Below, piece after piece: positions 12,901 to 27,900 of a stretch of DNA of 64,000 nt (positions within the stretch are counted from its first letter, which is position 1; each line of letters opens with the position of its first letter). This DNA is from Mizuhopecten yessoensis. Its lineage: Eukaryota. The stretch lies in assembly GCF_002113885.1 (NCBI RefSeq), contig NW_018408623.1, positions 369,333 through 433,332 on the forward strand, in the 5' to 3' direction. The position numbers were made by a program, and so were the translations under genes. The notes below the pieces were generated by a model. That model saw only the letters and a program-made list of their open reading frames with translations, was not told the origin of the DNA and did no database searches.

Positions 12901-15900
12901 ACTGCGTGTGATTGTGTTTGACTAACTGTCGAGTTATGTTTGTTACTGCGTGTGATTGTGTTTGACTAACTGTCGAGTTATGTTTGTTACTGCGTGTGAT
13001 TGTGTTTGACTAACTGTCGAGTTATGTTTGTTACTGCGTGTGATTGTGTTTGACTAACTGTCGAGTTATGTTTGTTACTGCGTGTGATTGTGTTTGACTA
13101 ACTGTCGAGTTATGTTTGTTACTGCGTGTGATTGTGTTTGACTAACTGTCGAGTTATGTTTGTTACTGCGTGTGATTGTGTTTGACTAACTGTCGAGTTA
13201 TGTTTGTTACTGCGTGTGATTGTGTTTGACTAACTGTCGAGTTATGTTTGTTACTGCGTGTGATTGTGTTTGACTAACTGTCGAGTTATGTTTGTTACTG
13301 CGTGTGATTGTGTTTGACTAACTGTCGAGTTATGTTTGTTACTGCGTGTGATTGTGTTTGACTAACTGTCGAGTTATGTTTGTTACTGCGTGTGATTGTG
13401 TTTGACTAACTGTCGAGTTATGTTTGTTACTGCGTGTGATTGTGTTTGACTAACTGTCGAGTTATGTTTGTTACTGCGTGTGATTGTGTTTGACTAACTG
13501 TCGAGTTATGTTTGTTACTGCGTGTGATTGTGTTTGACTAACTGTCGAGTTATGTTTGTTACTGCGTGTGATTGTGTTTGACTAACTGTCGAGTTATGTT
13601 TGTTACTGCGTGTGATTGTGTTTGACTAACTGTCGAGTTATGTTTGTTACTGCGTGTGATTGTGTTTGACTAACTGTCGAGTTATGTTTGTTACTGCGTG
13701 TGATTGTGTTTGACTAACTGTCGAGTTATGTTTGTTACTGCGTGTGATTGTGTTTGACTAACTGTCGAGTTATGTTTGTTACTGCGTGTGATTGTGTTTG
13801 ACTAACTGTCGAGTTATGTTTGTTACTGCGTGTGATTGTGTTTGACTAACTGTCGAGTTATGTTTGTTACTGCGTGTGATTGTGTTTGACTAACTGTCGA
13901 GTTATGTTTGTTACTGCGTGTGATTGTGTTTGACTAACTGTCCAGTTATGTTTGTTAACATTGTTTCTGCTTTTGTAAATAAATGATAACGAAAGTTGTC
14001 AGTTTGTATAAAAGACAATGTAAATATACATTATACTGTGAAATAAGATATTATCGTGGAGCCTACATTTCGTGGTTCCCGAAAAAACACCATTTCGTAT
14101 GTGCATGAATTCATGGATTATGAGTATCCACTCATACGGATAATAGTTTTAAACTGTGTTACACTTGTAATTACTTCGTGAACCTATGAATTATTGGATA
14201 AAGGGCAACCACGAAATAAACGAAATTAAAAACCTCACAAAAGTAAGTGATTTCACAGTAAATGTCCGATTGTATTGTATTTTTTTCATTCGCAGAAAAC
14301 TATCTAAATTGCATTGTTTCCTACACGATACATGCTATGCATTTTAAATTACAAAAAAATAAAAATCGATATAAATATTTGCTGTTTATGAGGTATTCAA
14401 AGACGAAGTTCCGATGTTTTACTTCTGACATTTGTTTTGTAGGAACTTGTTGCTAACGGGATGTGTAACTTTCTTGGCTCGTTCTTCTCGTGCTTCTGTT
14501 CGGCCGCCTCTCTGTCCAGGAGTCTTGTACAGGACAATGCTGGGGGCTGTACCCAGGTAAGGCCATCCTAGAATTATATAACCATGGCATATAATACATA
14601 ACACATGGTTTGTCGATGCATATGTATGATATAGATATACGTTGTTGATTTTTATTAACGTCTATGAATAATGACAAGGTGAAAATAAAGTAGATTTTTG
14701 TTTTGGTCTGTTTATGATAATTACATAAATGTGATTTGGTAATTGAAAATAAATGACACTTGATCGATTTAATTTGTATTTAGTTTTCATATCTTAAAAT
14801 ATCATAGAAGAAAATCAATGCTGTCTTTTTCAGATGGTGGGAATATTTTCGTCCTTCGTTCTTCTCATCGTGTTGCTATATATTGGACCTATGTTTTCGT
14901 CGCTTCCGAACGTAAGTACCTTAACAATAATTACTATTGTCATCAGTTAAGAGATAAACAGGTTGTGAACATATTTCAATCAGCGAACAATTGCCTCATT
15001 ATACTAGCTGTGACATAATCAGCTAATTGATATACTTTCAGGAAATGCACAATTCACTCATTACCTGTAAAGCAATTTTCTGATTGTTTTGCCTGGTATT
15101 AGTAGAGGATTATTGTTTTATGGACTAAATAATTTAGTTCAGGATATTTTCTCTTCTGTGTGAAAAATTATTGCAAACTGCATGGTCCATTGTAATGGCG
15201 TGTTGGTAATCATAAATTGCACCTTTCAAATATCATTTAAATATCAGGTGTCAATTTTACATACACAGACAAACACTTGACTTATTGACTTTCGCATTGT
15301 TACATAATGTTAAATGTAATGGCTTTTAAATGTCAAAACATGATTTACGAAAATTCGAAATGTCGAAAAATGTGAAGCAATGTATGATTAATTACTCTAT
15401 TCTCGAACGCGGACATATTTTTTTCTGAATTCGTTATGCAAAAGTTGGATGTTAGAACGATATTATATAACAATGTGGCATTTGAACAATGCCATGCGTA
15501 ATTGTTTCAATTGATAATTCAAAACGCAACCAGCATGACATTCAGGAGATCTGTACATAAATCTTTCGTATCCAATATATGCCAAGTAATCTGTCATGAG
15601 GAACTGACATCGGTAATTAATGATATTTCAACTTATTCAATTATTTCTGTGTATCTATGATCAATTTATAAAGTATCATAAACAATTTGGTCATTTTATT
15701 TATAATTTATAGTTTGTATAGTGTTGGATATTGAAACCAACATTTCCGTTATAATACCACGCTTACTGAAACTGGAGAGTCCTTGTATAATTGATAAGTG
15801 TAAACCACTCATGTTTCTTTATCATTATCGGATATTGTTTACCATACAATATCCGAGAATAGCTCGAGCTCGTGCTATTATCCCGATTGACTTAAAAAAA

Positions 15901-18900
15901 CCGAAATAGGTGCAGATATATATATGTTTTATAGATTTTTTCTCGTACGATTATGTCAGCTTTTAGTTTCTGAAATATTCTCGACGCTTTTGGTGAAACA
16001 TCTACATGCTATGTCTGTTTAATGATATCAAGAAAAAAAAAAAAAACAAAAAAAAAAACAACGTATGCGACTAATGGAAAATCTTGTTTTTAAGTGCATA
16101 AAACCAAACAAAAAGTAAACATTTTTTTTCACCATAACGCCATTTCGTTCATTTAGGACCCATAAGGTCAAATGAATTCAAAAATGCATGTCTTAAGTGT
16201 TCCGAATCATATCTAGAGAAAGGAGAAATATGTCTTTAAAACCTTTTCTAAAAATACTTTAAAACTTTTGCCTACAACAGATATTTATTATCTGTATTAA
16301 CTATTATTTCATGCAAACCTTGCCAATGAAGTTGATCTTTCGATAACGTTTTAAATAAACTATTTATATAAGACTGTTTTTAAGCCTTTCACTTCTTGAG
16401 TAGTTATTTAAAAATGAAACATGAGCATAACACGTAAGTAATTTTATGCCATTGACAGGAAGCGTTGATGCCACGAGGGTATGACACTCATTAACATTGC
16501 GGTTCATTATCACCTGCCAGGTATCGGTAGGTCCCATACACAGGTGATTAGGACGGTCCTAACACACCCATGTCGTCTACTTGTCGACCAGGAGGTATTC
16601 ACTAAAACACAATAATGTTATTTACAGCGTGTTAGATAGTGACAATGATGTCACTTGATATCGTGCTAAACAAACAAGAGACTCATCCCAAAATGTTACT
16701 TTTGTTTGAACGGTTTTATAATCAATATGTTGAACTGTTAAATTTGTATGTTTAGTAACCGTTAACATAGTATTTGTATCGTGCTCCAATTATAACGTGC
16801 TCTTGAACTCTTTTATCGCAGCGTAAAGTGTTTCAAAAATATCTAAAACCGATATCAATATTTCACCTACCTATAAATAATTCAATACTGCCATACTGGT
16901 AGTATTGTATATGTTAACACGCGTACACTACGCGCCCGTAGATGTCCCTTTATGTCGCTAGCGTGTCCTACAAATCAATTAACTTTCGGGTATCCCTACC
17001 TACAACTGATAAAGCACCTCTTTTTTCTGGCACTAGCGAAATACTACAAAAAGAGCGTAAAAGTAGGACAAGCCCCACATGAGTTTCCTTATGAATGGAG
17101 ATGAATGCAGTGTATAGGACAATGGTATCTACTATAAGGTATCTTCTGACGAACCCGTCCATGTTCTAGGTCGTCCCGCGAGGCCTCACAGTCACGCGCT
17201 GGAACGACACAGCGCGTGAAGCCAACTAATATGGTATCGAGGCCAATAAGTGACAACGCGTTCCATTGTCATCATCAACTTCAGTCCGTCGTATGTTATA
17301 GGTGAAAGGCATTCGTACAATTCTTAGGGGATTTGTAGTACATATTGATATGGGGACTCACTGCGATTATGTGGTAGGCATATACATTACCGCTACATAT
17401 ACACACAAATGGAAACCAAATATAAAGCGCCAGGTAACACGTAGAGCGGGCAATGTCGCTCTACTATACATAGTAACACAGGTATCGACATGTAACCGTC
17501 ATGCCCTCCGCCTACTCCAGATGATTATGCTATGAATATTTAATACAAATACATTTCTACCTGTTCATGTTTCTTACTTTGACAGTGCATCCTGGCCTGT
17601 ATTGTCATCGTCACATTGAAAGGCATGTTTAAACAGTTCAACCAGATGCGAGTCCTCTGGAGGCTGTGCAGGCGAGACTTTGTAAGTGAAAGCTTAACCC
17701 TTATTGCATGTGTCGCTATGACAAGGTGATGGGAAACTAATCGAAGATCGGAAAATAAATAATCTATGCAAGAGTGATCTACCGTGACATTGGAAAAACA
17801 AAACGTCGCTTGTGGCTAAGTAATGATTGGAAGCTGCATGCAAATTGACTTCAATATTGGCGGTCACGGTAGTGGATAGACCGATAAAGGATAAACCTAA
17901 CGCGACTGTCATGTCACCAACAATAGGGTTGTGTCTGCAATACCTGGATCTGCTTCATTCAGTTTGAGTTTCTAGATTATATCGCTGCATTTGAACCATT
18001 CTTTTTTTGTGATGTAATTCATCAGTGCCTTTTTGAACTGACACGCGGATAGCTTGCTCTATGTCAGGTGTGCCAGCTGATATTACCCGATACGTTAGTC
18101 TCTCAAGTTTTGTAAATATGCCGAAACAAAAGCGTGATTCTATTAGTTGTGGAAACAGGCAGAACACTATGGATATACATTCTTACCGTTTTTCATCATA
18201 AAATTGAATTTTGTATAATTTGGAATTAAAAAGATCTGAGGATTATTACTTTGGAAATTCTATGAATGTAATCATATTGGACCAAGACAATGTGAAAGGT
18301 TCTCAATTATAAATCAATGGAGCCCACATCACCTCGGCATGCTCCAGTATGGACGAGATGGACGAAAAAGACCAAGAGGTACGCTTCTCACTTCCATAAC
18401 TCTGGTATCTCTACAGAAGTAGATAGTGCTCTATGTTGTTTTAACGTATCACAGGAGTGTATATTCCCTGAGTTTTACTCCTTTTTTCCTTAACTCACTT
18501 GTGTTTTACTTTTGATGATTCTATTTCCTGCAATTTTGTTAACAGAACGGCATACTACTATGTCTTACCATTCATTTTAAGCATAATGAAATCTATTCAT
18601 TGATAAAGGTATGACATAGTATCAAGATTCTTAACACTCTTATCATAAATTGAAACATGTTTGGTATCATCTTTGTGACGTTTTTTGTAAAATATTGATA
18701 ATAAGGATGTGTATTCTCTTGTGACTATTTATGTACATTGTAAACATAATATTGAAGATGTCATTTACATTTTAGTCTTATAAACTACAGTATACATATT
18801 GTTCGACATTTAGTACACTGAGTTCTATTTAAACACAATGCCAGCCCCCTATTATTGAAAGACTGACTAACGAGTCGTTTAAGCAAATTTGCAAAATTTG

Positions 18901-21900
18901 GGTTAAAGATGTTAAATCATGTAATAAGTTATATACTGTTTTCGTATATTTTTGTCTTCAGATGATTATTTAAAAAATAATCTATATTCATGCAATTTTA
19001 GTTTTAAATTTCAATATTTTTTAATACAACCAAGATGGAACCTTGAGTTTGTTATGGTTAAGTTATTTGGTTTTTGAGAAAATATTTTTTATTTATTAAG
19101 TATATGACATTGTGTAATCGGATTGTTCATGGTTCAGCTGAGACTGGACCTCACGCTGTACCTCTGTTGATACACGAATGGTAATGGGAGAACGATTATC
19201 ACATAGCCTGTTGTCCCATCCTATCGATCTATAGAAATAGATACATGTACGAATTATACCAAGTAAATTAGCGCGAATATATCAACAAGCGAATATGTGT
19301 TTGTATATTATATGGATTATATATATATGTTAACAGAATATAAAAGTTGCAGAACTACTGCTAACGCGAACAGTTTAAAAGGGTAACAATGTAAACCTTT
19401 CAGCACGCGAAATGTTTAACTTTTACAGTAATTAACATGACTATGCGGAAATGTTTAACTTAGCAGAATAATAAGTAACTTCTGAATATAAAATGTTACC
19501 AATGAAACAATGTTAAAATGCCATTCAAACATGACGATAATCATACTTATAGTCTACACAACTGTCAAACATCCGATAGCTTTTACCGCATACTCACAGT
19601 AAGGGAGAAAGTTACATAGTATATACTTTGATAAAATCGAAGATTGATTTATCCAACAAGGGTACGGTCGATATGACATCGTTACAGCTATAACCCGCGT
19701 TTCATTATTATAAGAGATTGATACGAAAGTCCTAGATATGCGGAATCATGCTCTTTAATCACACCTGATTAATCGTACAATCGAGGAATTGGTAACATCA
19801 CTTGTATTTCAGAATTTTTTTATTTTTGCGTATGGCTGTGAAGAAGGTAAATAGCAAATCTAAATATCTCGCGAATAAATATCATAACACAAGAAAGCAG
19901 GTTTTTCTTATGTAATTGTTTAATTCGCAAATTCAATTCTAAGTAATAAACTAGTTTCCTTTACAACTGTTAATCTTAACAAATAAGTCGTTTCCATTAG
20001 GAGTTTAAATATTCACGAACATGCATTTTCCTTCACAAATTTAAATATTCGCGAATACGTCGTGTAATGTAGGGATTAATTTACAGTAAATCAAGTGATT
20101 TCCAATCAATACACAGCTTACCATTAACACGTGGTATTGAAAAGCACTCCTTTGACCTTGAACGACATGCCCTTTCTGGAGAGTTAGTTGCTGAAAGAAT
20201 TTGTTTTATTAATAGCATGATTTTCACTGGTTTTGATGATTTCTGAAAAACTGTATGTATGCTAGGCGTTTTTTTTTGCTAGGATACTAACCCGTTTTGA
20301 GATAATGAATACTTGTACATCAGTTCTATAACTCCTAGTTAGCACTTATCAGGTTGTAGTTGAACAAAGCTTGTTGCTATATATTAATACTATCTATGTT
20401 CAGAGGTCTGTCGGCATCAAATCCGCGCTATCGCAGGGAGGCAAATACACCAACATATCCTGCCTCTAGCACACATACACAAGCATGCATACATTACACA
20501 CATTACGCATGTGGAAACACGTCCTTAAATGACTTTAGCTGTTAATTGGACGTTAAACAAAATAAAACCAAACCAAGCTAATCGTTTTGGCTTCCTTTGG
20601 CTAAGTTCTGACTGTTTATTGTAAACACTCAAACATTGAATCTGACCATTGTTTGATTTTCCTTTCTCCCTTATAAGTCAGTTTAGTGTGAACATAAAAA
20701 ATAACTTTTTATTTGTCAAAATATCGAAATTCTTTTTACAATGTTAAACCTTTTATTTCATTGTTTAAATATTAATACGTAGTTGTTTTGTTATGCACTA
20801 AAAGATAATATGAATGCTTTTTCATACAAAATCCCATTTCAATATGTTGTATGTTGTAATAGGTTAGATGTTGTTGCTATGCTTATACATGGGACGAGTC
20901 TACTTTAAAATCAGGGACCGAGGTTATACCTAAGCAAGGAACAGATTAAAATTGTTCGACTAAATGGTTGTTTAGACAACTATTTAGGAAAGACTCATAC
21001 TATGAACAAAATTATTTACTTTTTTTCCAGCCCAGCATTTATCTTCAAACTGTAATTCACTTGAAATATATGTATCGTTAAGAACTTCTTTGATATGGAG
21101 ATATAATCAAAACGCCTTATGTCTTTCCATGATTGCGGAAAACTGTTAGGAATCCATTTTAAATTAAGCATCGAGTAACTACTTTAGTGATATTTTGTAG
21201 ACGAAAATTTACTGCAGCGTAATGTTTCATCATCAGACATCTTGCTATAAAAAAACCGGAAAAACTAACATTCCAGACCAGCTTGAATGAAAACATCAGC
21301 AAGAGTTTTACATGAATTGACTTGTTTGTGTGTGCCGCTTATTATCTAAAAATGATTTAAGAATCATGAAGTAAGTTAATTGAAAAACTTAAAACTGATG
21401 ATGTTATAAAATACTCTGTAAGCTATATCGATTATTAATTTTATGTATATAAAGTTTAACCATTGCATGTATTATATGGAATATACGACAGTGATATGTC
21501 GTGAAATCAACAATATACTATTAAATACTACACATATTATGCAAAGTAATAACTGTAGTGATAGGCTGGCCAGCCTGGAAAATGTTGTAATTAACACCGT
21601 TCTATGTATAATTCGCATTATTGGAACTGCATGATATCTCTACTCTAAATAATTGTACTGCATAAAATGCTTTTACAAAGCGAAATGTTTACTAATTACA
21701 AAACTGTGTATTTCCCAATAAATGAAATATATCAAAACGTGTTAGACCCATCTAGTTAGTTCGATTTCGGAATCTTCGTTTGGTATCTAAATGACATTTT
21801 TACGACAAACATTACTGTATTTCCGTTTAATGAATATTTTTTTGCCCTGAACACGGGTTGTTATATTAGCTATGTAACATGCCTATACTTGTCACAAACA

Positions 21901-24900
21901 GCTCGTAAGGTGATATTAGGTTCTAGGTCGGGGACGATACTGAGGGGCGTCCAACCGTATCCTAATAACCTGGCGCCATGGTAATGATGACACAAAACTT
22001 TAATTATTTAATACAAGTTCATGAATAATGGTAAAGAGACTTTTTCGGGATGTCATATCAAAACTATTTGTATTTTTCTGTATGTGTGTTGGCTTTATGA
22101 ATCATAAATGTTTCAGTGCATGGCCGATGTTATTGTCGGGCACTATGATTCACATACGAAGAAGACACTATACTTTAGATCTAACATAAGAATTCAACTG
22201 TCTATGCAACAAACACCGGAACCCTTCACATATACCTATTTTAGTAGGTTCCGGCTACACAAATTGCACTAAAAAAATAAATAAGCAAACGAATATATTA
22301 CTTTTTGTATAAATTAAAACGCTTCTGTTACAATGAAATAGAAGCCGTGACGTAATAACTAGTATTTGAGAATTTAAAATTCCTTTCGGCCTTTTTAGTC
22401 ACTGGTAAGTATACAATGACAGACTTACATCAATATGCATGTATTTATTGGAAATACTAAACAATTTATCTGCATGCTAATACAATTCGAATTTCTCGTT
22501 CGCTTACAAAATCAGTTAATTAAAGACATCTAAGCCAAATCGGTCTAAATTGACATTCTAGCTAGATAAGAATATCACAGGTCTGTTCTACTGTAAGAAT
22601 GCTTCCGACGACGGTGTTTGCATTATATTTGACAATTTTGCGGATTTCTACTGCGTTTGTTTTGATATTTACAGAGCCATGCACCTTTCACTTTATGTCA
22701 CGGAATACATATCTGATAATTAAGGCTAAGGATTCAATCGACTGATTGATTCCCTAGTTTGGCTTTATGACATATACTGGTCATTACTAGAAGATGTTAC
22801 TACTGTCCGTTCGTGGATTAATTTACTTTTTACTATTCATTATTATGCAAAGCTTTTGACGCGATATAGCAGCAATGTTATTAACTGCCTTTTAATGACA
22901 TGGATGCACGATCGGGACCTCACTTTTTGTGCACGAGAATTTCTCTGGCAACATTTTACAGTACCCTCGGGGAAAGCAGTTACAGCCACAGTGCCCTCGG
23001 GGAAAGCGGTTATAGCCTTCTTACCCTTCTTATGTTTGTCGCTCAATCTATGAAGTGCACGACCAACGACATCAATAACCTAAACGCCATGAAATTGATT
23101 AGGACGAAACTTGAGAAGGAGTTTTATCTCGAGGGATGAGCATGCTTTCATATACGTCCGAGTGATAACACTTAACATGATATATATTACATTCCATAGA
23201 ATCATCGTGCGCCTCACGTGGACTCATTTACACGTTACATCTGAACACGTGATACTATGCAGAATGTAATTGATAGACGAATACGATTCCTTGATATGAT
23301 ATATGAGTATTCAAATGCGTAGAATTATAAGGTTTATTTCAAAGTCAAGCTTTACAATGATCGTAATTGCCCCTGATACTGATATTCACGAAAATGACTC
23401 TCTAGTTTCAATAAAGTTCAACCATTGAACTTGTCAGTATTAATTATTTTGATAGAGTTCAAGCTGTTTTGAAGACATACGCTAGTACCTAACGCGGTGT
23501 ACGTCAGTACATATTTCACTTAACGTGTTTTGATAATGGACACGTATAAAGGGTCTCCTGATACTATTGTTAAACTACCATGCACTATGTACTGTTTATC
23601 GGCTTTAGAGCACCATTTATTATTTTCTATTAATGATGCAACGAATTCAATAGTATTATGTACAGGAGCTTATTCAATGTACAATGTAAAGCATACGTTG
23701 TTAAACATTTTGGTTGCTATTATTGATTTCTTTTTACATTAAAACTTATGTTTACACGTTCACTGTGTGAACCCACTAAGTTGGTTAATTGTACTCTAAA
23801 CACAAATTGTGTCACATAATTTGTCTATGACGCAAATATTAATTTTAACAGGCTGTGTGAATTTGTCCGTTTTTATTCTTTTCATGTTAAATCGTATATT
23901 TCTGATATTGTTCACTGAATGATACTCTTGACACTTACAGACTGTACGATGTTATTTTTCATTGATTGGTGTTTCCTTACACTTATTACGTTACAGACTG
24001 TATTGTATTTTTCATTGATTGGTTTTTCCTTACACTTATTACGTTACAGACTGTACGATATTATTTTTCATTGATTGGTTTTTCCTTACACTTATTACGT
24101 TACAGACTGTACGATATTATTTGTCATTGATTGGTTTTTCCTTACACTTATTACGTTACAGACTGTTTGGTTTGTAATAACATCCACATATTTGTACTTT
24201 TGCACACTTATTATGGTTAACGCTGTTACATAGTGCTATTGTTTACTTAACGGATCTCGTGATGTTTATTATGTAACAGGCTAACGATGTAAAGTTTTAT
24301 ATTGTTTATTGATTGGTTGTCTTAAAACGTATTATGTTACAGGCTGTTTGGTTCGTGACGTTTGTCGCCACCGTGGTTCTAGATGTTGCCCTTGGTCTGC
24401 TTGTTGGTGTCATATTTGCACTGTACTTCATAGTGAGGAATTCACAAAAGTAAGTGTCCTAATTGGTAAATATATGCAACATATATACATGTAGTTTCTT
24501 GTGTAGACAAAGAGATTAAACACGAAAGGAGGAATACATTCACATTTTGAACAGCAATCATTCGTGAGAAGGCATGCAATTGCTAACATATTTGCTAACA
24601 AACCTAACTTACGTTAAAAACCAAAAAGCTATATAAACAATTTATCTTCATTTCTTTTTTAATTTGTAATTTAAACCACATGGCTGGGGTAAAAGGGACC
24701 AAGATACATGTACAAACGACCCTCCAATACCAAACCAAAAAGCTATATTTGAGTGTAAATTTAAGATACCTATGACAACTGATTCGGTAATGTTTGATGT
24801 GTCGATATAGTAAAGAAATTTTCCATACAGGCTACAATTATAAATGGGTTTTTTTTTTGTAGGCCGCATGCCTGTATACTCGGGAGAGTTCCTGGAACAT

Positions 24901-27900
24901 CGACGTACAAGGACATGAAACGAAACCGACAAGTAAGTCTTCCCTACTTGGCTATCATAATATGATATAAACAATATATAGTAAGATAGATGCTTTTTGG
25001 CATTTTTCTTTGGTTCAGAGCAAATAATGTAAAATATGTTTTGATATCATGCATTGCTGTTTTTAAGAAATGAATATATATATATATATTCACGTCTTAA
25101 ATCTCATTTATTCTCTTTCGTGACAGTCACTTTGAACCCAATGCCGCTGTTTAGAGTCATTAAAGCTCACCATGTACTGAATTTCTGTGTTACAATCTCA
25201 ATTATTAGATACCGTGTGCCTAGGTATAGCCTTCCTTGACACACATAACGTTCATTATCCCTAAAGACGCATCACGTTCGAACTTTCTTTGTTAAAGTTT
25301 CTTTATCACACACCATTAACCTAGTCTTCCTTAATTTGTCACACACCATATAATAAGTCTGTCTTGTCACACATTATGGTCCGAACGTTCCTTGACAAAA
25401 CATGTACCAAGTTTCTTCCCACATGACAGTCATATAGTCTTCCTTACTTTGCCACACATATTATTTATCAAATTTGACTTACCGTTCACCATGTAAGTAG
25501 TCTTCATTACTTTGCCACACATATTATTCATCAAATTTGGCTTACCGTTCACCATGTAAGTAGTCTTCATTACTTTGCCACACATATTATTTATTAAATT
25601 TGACTTACCGTTCAACATGAAAGAAGTCTTCATTACTTTGCCACACATCTTATTCATCAAATTTGGCTTACCGTTCCCCATGTAAGTAGTCTTCATTTCT
25701 TTGCCACACATATTCTTTATCAAGTTTGTCGTACAGTTCGCCCAGTACGTAGTCTTCATTGCTTTGCCACACACCATGTACTATGTATATCTAACCACAG
25801 ACCATGTACCAAGTATACCTAACCACACACCATGGACCACGTATATCTAAACACACCCCATGTACCAAATATATCACAACACACACCATGTACAAAGTAT
25901 ATCTAACCATACACCATGTACCACGGATATCTAACCACACACAATGTACCAAATATATCTAAACACACCCCATGTACCACGTATATCTAACCGCACACCA
26001 TGTACCAAATACATCTAAACACACACCATGTGCCACGTATATCTAACCACATACCATGTACCAAGTAGATCTAAACACACACCATGTGCCACGTATATCT
26101 AACCAGACACCATGTACCAAGTGGATCTAACCACACACCTTGTACCAAGTGTATCTTACCACTCACCATGTACCAAGTGGATCTAACCACACACCATGGA
26201 CCACGTATATCTAAACACACACCATGTGCCAAGTATATCTAACAACACACCATGTACCATGTATATCTAACCACACCCCATGTACCAAGTATATCTTACC
26301 ACTCACCATGTGCCAAGTATATCTAACAACACACCATGTACCACGTATATCTAACCAGACACCATGTACCAAGATTATCTAACCACATACCATGTACCGA
26401 GTATATCTAACCACCCACCATGTACCAAGTGTATCTTACCACTAACCATGTACAAAGTATATCTAACCAGACACCATGTACCAAGTATATCTAACCACAC
26501 ACCATGTACCAAGTTTATCTAACCACACACCATGTACCAAATATATCTAAACACACACCATGTACCAAGTATATCTAACCACACACCATGTACCAAGTAT
26601 ATCTAACCACTCACCATGTACGCAGTCTTCCTCACTCTGTCACACAGTATGTAGCAAGTCTTTCCGAGTCTTTTTTCACATATCATGTACTAAGTCTCTT
26701 TTGACACACACACTGTACAGTTTTGCTTTGGTTAGCAAGTATGTAATCTGATTGTGTGAATTAGGTCTTTTTGAATATTTTTGAAATACGAGTTCAACGT
26801 CTTTTTCCCCCAGGTATATGAGTTACCAGGAATAAAGATATTTCGGTTCGAGTCCTCCTTGTACTTTGCTAATGCGGAACAGTTCCGGGATCGCCTTTAT
26901 GAGAGAACAGGACTTAATCCCAGGAAACTCAAAGGAAAGAAGCAAAGAGCATTGTACAAAGCTCTACTACAGAGGAAGAGGGAACAGGAGTTAGCGGAAG
27001 TAGAGGAACGACACATTAAGTCAAAGTCCAAAAAGGATAAGGTAGGGCAACTGTGGTTTTTTCCCAAAATGTTATTACGCAAGTTTCAGATTGATAGTTT
27101 TACAATATTATAAATATTCAAGATTTATCGTGCATGTAGGTTTCATCATATTCTAAAAGGTAAAACTGTGACATGTTGTGAGAGATCTGTTTTATTTTGT
27201 TGGGATGCATTTCATATGATATTAAGTGGATGCTGATAACCTTAGTTGAGGGTATTTCTCATCAATAGAAAGCAAGGAAATGAGAACAGCATGCAACATT
27301 ATTATTAAATATCTCCATTACTCTTCCGTACAGAAGGAGCTCGAGCGTCAGAAGAACGCCATAGAGATAGAAATAGAAGATGAGATACCAGAGGAGTTAA
27401 CTGACGAACATAAAAACTTGCTGATAGAACAGAAGAATGAAATCGTGGACCTATTTTCTAAGGCGTGGATACCTCCTATACACACCCTCGTTATAGACTG
27501 TTCCGTCATAGATTACGTGGATACAAGTGCTGTCAAAATCCTAGCCCAGGTAACGTGTTTGTGACGTCATAGATTGTGCAGTTAGGGTTATATAGCAGAA
27601 CGGTGATTCATTGTTTAAGTGTGTCTGACACTTTAATGAAGTGCCTTGAAACTGCAGGTGTGACTTGATAACTGGTCATCAATGTCACATTCATATACAT
27701 GCTACCTTATAAGTACTTTGTTTCTGATATAAAACTCGACGCTTACCATTATGATTCTTTGTTCAATATGCTGTTTATATTCTTTTGTTAGATAAGCAAT
27801 TATATACACTGTTAAATTATAGATCCGCTGTACAAATATCAACATAAAAGAAATTTTACATGTGCATTTACCTAAGTATTTGATCATTGTGTTGGTTTTA

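Noticed and set aside
11529-13957. CRISPR-like array
   Set aside because: Head-to-tail identical units with no unique spacers, in a eukaryotic intron.
21222-21240. Minus-strand CTGATGA-t-GAAAC hammerhead core
   Set aside because: No stem II between the core segments.
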